Virus record (IMG/VR): IMGVR_UViG_3300042881_004014 | Reading direction: 5' to 3' (one strand) | DNA: 64,000 nt | Source: an uncultured virus (IMG/VR IMGVR_UViG_3300042881_004014) | Lineage: Duplodnaviria; Heunggongvirae; Uroviricota; Caudoviricetes | In this document: one piece after another, positions 60,284-64,000 of the stretch | How the letters are laid out: each line of letters opens with the position of its first letter | Position numbering within the stretch: position 1 is the stretch's first letter | Position numbers and translations under genes: made by a program | The notes under the pieces: generated by a model | What the model was told of the DNA's origin: nothing | Databases searched by the model: none | The model's input: the letters and a program-made list of their open reading frames with translations, nothing else

Positions 60284-61675
60284 CTATTTTTTTACACAAG
60301 GAGGTGGTATAACAAACCCATCATATTTTTTTGGTGCTTTTGAAAATACACCACATCCATTTCTATTAAATCCACCACCACCAGTGTTTCCTTCTATTGT
60401 TGTTATTGAACCATTTGGTAAAACCGCTGATACAATTCCAATATGATGTGCATGTCCTGTCTTATCTGAATATATTACAGCTGCTCCTAATACTGGTTTA
60501 GATGACCAATATCCTTTTGATTTTGCCCAAGATTTCCAACTTGCACAAGCTGCTGCTCCGGGTGGAGTTGGTAAACCGGCTTCTTTCCACCAAGTAGTTA
60601 CAGCACCCGCACACCAATAATAACCAGAACCAGATGATTTAACTTTCGCTTGATTATTTAATCCAGCAAATCCAATCATAGCATCAATTCTACCTGCTTT
60701 TGGTAATTGCCTACCTCCAGTAAAACCACCATAGTTTTTACCAGGTGGAGTACCAGTTTCTAATATACCAATATCCTTTTTGGCCGCATTAACTACCTTA
60801 GCCCCAGCAGGACATTTAGCATCAGTTATTTCAGCCAATGCATCAACTTCCTCTTCAGTTAAATCAACATCAGCTGCGTTTTGTTCACCTGCTTCTAATT
60901 CTTCTTCTTTTAATGTAGCATATTCTGCAGCTGGTTCCCTTTCTTCTAATGAAAGTGTTTCATCATTAGCTTCTATTTCAGCTTCAGCTTTTTCAGCTTG
61001 AAATGATTCAATTTGCTCAGGTGATAATGTTGTATCAGCTGCATTTTCAACCTTTGCTAATGCTACGGCAGCTGCTGCAGCTATAGCGGGTACTGATACC
61101 GATGGTGAAGATGGTGGTACCATATATCCAGTCCAAGGTAAAATACCCGGAGCTGGTAATGGTGATGGTACGGCTGGGTATAATGATGTAGTTTGTACAA
61201 CTCCAGATACCGTTGTTAAATGAATCGTTGCTGCCAAAATGAATTGGTCAACAATTAATCCAGTATTATCATTTGGTGGTATTGGTGGTTGTGGAGTCCA
61301 AACTCCAGGGTTTACAACCAAATTAGATATAACCGCAACGTTTTGAACCGAACCGGGTGCAGGTATCATTGGTATTGGATAATTGTTCATAATCCCACCG
61401 GCCCAATAAGCTTGTACACCTTTTCCAAATTCACTAACTAAACTAAAAGCAGGTGAGTTAGATGCTTGTCCTTGATATAATGAAATTTTAAATAAATTTT
61501 CCATTACAGATGTATTTCCATTTTGAAGAGAAACCATATGAAGTAAATCCTTACCTGCTTTTATGGCTTTATCATACTCAGTTGCCCATAGGTTCGCTAC
61601 AAAGTCAATATCCTCTATATTCTCAGGTGAATTTGCTTTATTTAATATGTTTGATTTAAAAGTTGCCCAAGACAT
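60284..61675 (-). CDS. CHAP-domain peptidoglycan hydrolase, probably virion-associated
   Basis: WCAGAVTTWW (Cys), HHIGIV (His), TIEGNT; N-terminal Pro-rich domain and acidic linker; adjacent to hub/spike gene. Confidence 0.82.
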   Translation of the reverse strand: MSWATFKSNILNKANSPENIEDIDFVANLWATEYDKAIKAGKDLLHMVSLQNGNTSVMENLFKISLYQGQASNSPAFSLVSEFGKGVQAYWAGGIMNNYPIPMIPAPGSVQNVAVISNLVVNPGVWTPQPPIPPNDNTGLIVDQFILAATIHLTTVSGVVQTTSLYPAVPSPLPAPGILPWTGYMVPPSSPSVSVPAIAAAAAVALAKVENAADTTLSPEQIESFQAEKAEAEIEANDETLSLEEREPAAEYATLKEEELEAGEQNAADVDLTEEEVDALAEITDAKCPAGAKVVNAAKKDIGILETGTPPGKNYGGFTGGRQLPKAGRIDAMIGFAGLNNQAKVKSSGSGYYWCAGAVTTWWKEAGLPTPPGAAACASWKSWAKSKGYWSSKPVLGAAVIYSDKTGHAHHIGIVSAVLPNGSITTIEGNTGGGGFNRNGCGVFSKAPKKYDGFVIPPPCVKK

Positions 61676-62908
61676 TTATGATGTTTTATTTAGAGTACTT
61701 AAAAATTCTTTAAGTCTTGATTTAATAGAGTTAAAATCTGCAATATTTGTTGGGCCTGTTGCTGATGGGCCTGATGGTGTTAAATATATTTGTGCTACAA
61801 TAGCATCAATTAATTCTTCCATTAATCCCAATAGAGTTTCTCCTCTAACTAATGATTCCAAATCAACATTACCAATATTAACTTTACCATTATTAGTATT
61901 TAAGTTTATATCCTTATCGTTTGTTAAAACGTTAATATTATCACCAACACTTACTTCAATCCCAAGCTTATTATCAATTGATAATGTACCATCTGAAATA
62001 AAACCATAATTTTTCTTAGAATAGAAAATCATTTCAGATGTCTTTGCTGAAAATATTAATCTATCAGAATTTATTAGGATTTGATTTCCTTTTAAATCAG
62101 ATGGGTAACTTTTAAATGCCGATGGTTTGGTTTCAAAATCAGATGTACCAGAATCAGAAACAGTACCAGGTTGAAATGGTAATTGATATTCGTTACTACC
62201 AAATACAATTACACTACCATCTCTATTTACATCCTCTTCAGTTGATTTAGTATTATCCTCTTTTAAACTTATTGAGTTTTCAATATTTCTAATAGTAATT
62301 GTTGGTGAGAATGAATTATCAGGATTGTTATATCCAGAAAATCTAATTGATTGTCCGAAACGGCTTTCAATTGTAGTATCACCCTCATATAACTTTAATT
62401 TATGCAAATTACCATTTGCTTTAAAGTATTTACCATATCCATCTAATTCTTCAGATTCAGCATTACTTCTAACTATCCCAGTTGATTGAACTTTTCCATA
62501 ACTAGCACTTTTATTTACAGAACTTTTATCAGTTGGTTTTGCTGATTTTATTGTAGTCTCTTCCGAATTTATATTTGGTGTAGCCGATTTACCAATACGT
62601 TCATAATACGTTGCACCACCAGCTCCACTTACAATGTTTACAACTTCATTTATAGTTGGTAATGAATTATAATTTAGATTTTTTGGAAAAGCAACAGACT
62701 CAGCAGTTCCTTTATTACTACCACCTTGTGATTTATATTGAATTGCGCCTATATAAATAGCTTTATCACCATTTGGAATTTCTAAATCAGTTAATACAGA
62801 ATCATCTGAATTTAAAATTACATGATATACTATACCCGTTGTAGATGTGGGTGCTCCACCCTTACCACCACTTTGATTTGCTCTAACTGATGAATTTCTA
62901 TCAAACAT
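61676..62908 (-). CDS. Baseplate hub/central spike protein (gp5/gpV-like)
   Basis: N-terminal OB-like LPTINEVVNI, EGDTTIESRFGQSIRF, beta-helix-like C-terminal strands, LVRGETL...TPSGPS. Confidence 0.7.
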   Translation of the reverse strand: MFDRNSSVRANQSGGKGGAPTSTTGIVYHVILNSDDSVLTDLEIPNGDKAIYIGAIQYKSQGGSNKGTAESVAFPKNLNYNSLPTINEVVNIVSGAGGATYYERIGKSATPNINSEETTIKSAKPTDKSSVNKSASYGKVQSTGIVRSNAESEELDGYGKYFKANGNLHKLKLYEGDTTIESRFGQSIRFSGYNNPDNSFSPTITIRNIENSISLKEDNTKSTEEDVNRDGSVIVFGSNEYQLPFQPGTVSDSGTSDFETKPSAFKSYPSDLKGNQILINSDRLIFSAKTSEMIFYSKKNYGFISDGTLSIDNKLGIEVSVGDNINVLTNDKDINLNTNNGKVNIGNVDLESLVRGETLLGLMEELIDAIVAQIYLTPSGPSATGPTNIADFNSIKSRLKEFLSTLNKTS

Positions 62909-62909
62909 A

Positions 62910-63305
62910 CTACTTTTGTATTTTTTGTTTTAACTCTTCTACATCATTCTGAATAGAATCAATACGTTCTACTTCCTCTTGCACTTCTTCAATCTCTGCT
63001 AACAATTGTTCTCTTTCGGCTGCTGATAAGAATCCATCCTCACCATCATTCTTTTGATTTGCCAACATTATACGTTGTGCTATTGTTGCTAATTTAATTA
63101 ATTGGTCATCATTTCTAACGGATGAATCAATTAAATCTTTTAAGATTGGACCAACTACCGCCATATCACCAGCGTGTCTAATCGTTTTCCTCATTTCAGC
63201 AATAAGTTCTGAAATATGTTTCTTTTTGGTGATTTGGTTCGTGTAAATATCCTCAAATAACCCACTTAGGTTCTTTCCAGGAAATAATTCAAAATCTATT
63301 GACAT
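62910..63305 (-). CDS. Helical hypothetical protein
   Basis: 131 aa; promoter motif at 63333-63341. Confidence 0.7.
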   Translation of the reverse strand: MSIDFELFPGKNLSGLFEDIYTNQITKKKHISELIAEMRKTIRHAGDMAVVGPILKDLIDSSVRNDDQLIKLATIAQRIMLANQKNDGEDGFLSAAEREQLLAEIEEVQEEVERIDSIQNDVEELKQKIQK

Positions 63306-63361
63306 ACTTTATTGGTATATATTGTTTATATATATAAATATCAATAAAGTAAAAAGTGATT

Positions 63362-64000
63362 TTAATTTGAAAGTTTAGTAACTACAATTTTGATTTTAGG
63401 AGTATATCCGTTTGGTAGGTCTCTTTTAATTCCCTCAAACGATTCTATTTGATTTTCTCTAAAAGTTAGCTTTAAAACTTTGTTTGTTAAATCTAAAAGT
63501 AATTGTGATGATGTAACCATTTTATTGGTATCTCTCATCATATTTAGATTAGAAGAATGTTTGTATAATTTTTTTCTCATCAATGGTAAGATATCATCTA
63601 CCTTTTCAGCACGAGTCATCATTTTTTCAGCTGACATTTTCCTTAATTTTGATGATAAGTAATCAGGCCCTTCTATATATCCAGCCCCATGATGTAAGTG
63701 TCCGTGATTTGTTCTAACTACATCTCCATCAGTATGCAATTCAAACTTAGGATTATGCTTTGATGTTGTTTCAATTGATATCATTTTATGTGGAGTAGAT
63801 ATAAAGGTATGTCCTTTAATTCCACCATCAAATGTTATAGCTGAATTTACTACATCTTTAATGGTTTTCTTAGATAATGCGGTACGAATCTTATTACCAT
63901 CTTTAGAAGGTTTACCACCTTTTTTAACGATTTTCTTTTCGTTCTCATCATACCCAACCATAAGTGCAGTATTAACTAAACCAATACCATACTCATTTAG
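63362..64000 (-). CDS. Ntn-hydrolase (peptidase C45-like) protein, 5' end outside window
   Basis: Frame stays open to the edge (LNEYGIGLVNTALMVG...), VRTNHG, TSSQLLLDL. Confidence 0.65.
   Translation of the reverse strand, partial: LNEYGIGLVNTALMVGYDENEKKIVKKGGKPSKDGNKIRTALSKKTIKDVVNSAITFDGGIKGHTFISTPHKMISIETTSKHNPKFELHTDGDVVRTNHGHLHHGAGYIEGPDYLSSKLRKMSAEKMMTRAEKVDDILPLMRKKLYKHSSNLNMMRDTNKMVTSSQLLLDLTNKVLKLTFRENQIESFEGIKRDLPNGYTPKIKIVVTKLSN

Noticed and set aside
6309..63341. TATAAATA as T4 late promoters driving plus-strand transcription
   Set aside because: They sit just upstream of minus-strand starts with no plus-strand genes downstream, so the functional orientation appears reversed
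1394..63662. Numerous plus-strand ORFs of 60-202 aa in the ORF track
   Set aside because: All lie antisense to well-supported minus-strand genes and have shadow-frame composition (Ser/Ile/Leu/Phe-rich) with no motifs
1..64000. Stop-codon reassignment
   Set aside because: Long genes are intact under the standard code and TAA, TAG and TGA all end genes at sensible boundaries

Overview
AT-rich (roughly 30% GC by eye) segment of a large T4-like myovirus with nearly every real gene on the minus strand. The host is probably Bacteroidota: TTTG-N20-TAnnTTTG promoters, A-rich leaders without Shine-Dalgarno sites, and a Gln+1 signal peptide. In transcription order (right to left): Ntn-hydrolase fragment; baseplate block (gp5-like hub/spike, CHAP hydrolase, gp25, gp6, wedge/collar proteins); GIY-YIG nuclease, primase and a fused Mre11-Rad50; a lone plus-strand ribbon-helix-helix gene; a 2789-aa tail protein with two tandem non-splicing Hint domains plus its chaperone; a heptose-activation/Aah-TibC heptosyltransferase/glycosyltransferase cassette; a 1490-aa polyvalent protein; spanin-like pair, terminase, portal, head proteins, protease, scaffold and major capsid; a terminator-bracketed Zn-finger + DUF2589-like pair; fibre genes and a 2OG-Fe(II) oxygenase. 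Best candidates for undescribed biology: a virion heptosylation system with a possible (S/T)-x-S sequon, the DUF2589-like cassette, the tandem Hint fibre, and protease-cleavable cargo polyproteins. No tRNA, rRNA, CRISPR array or IS element was seen. All family assignments are from motif recognition, not database searches.
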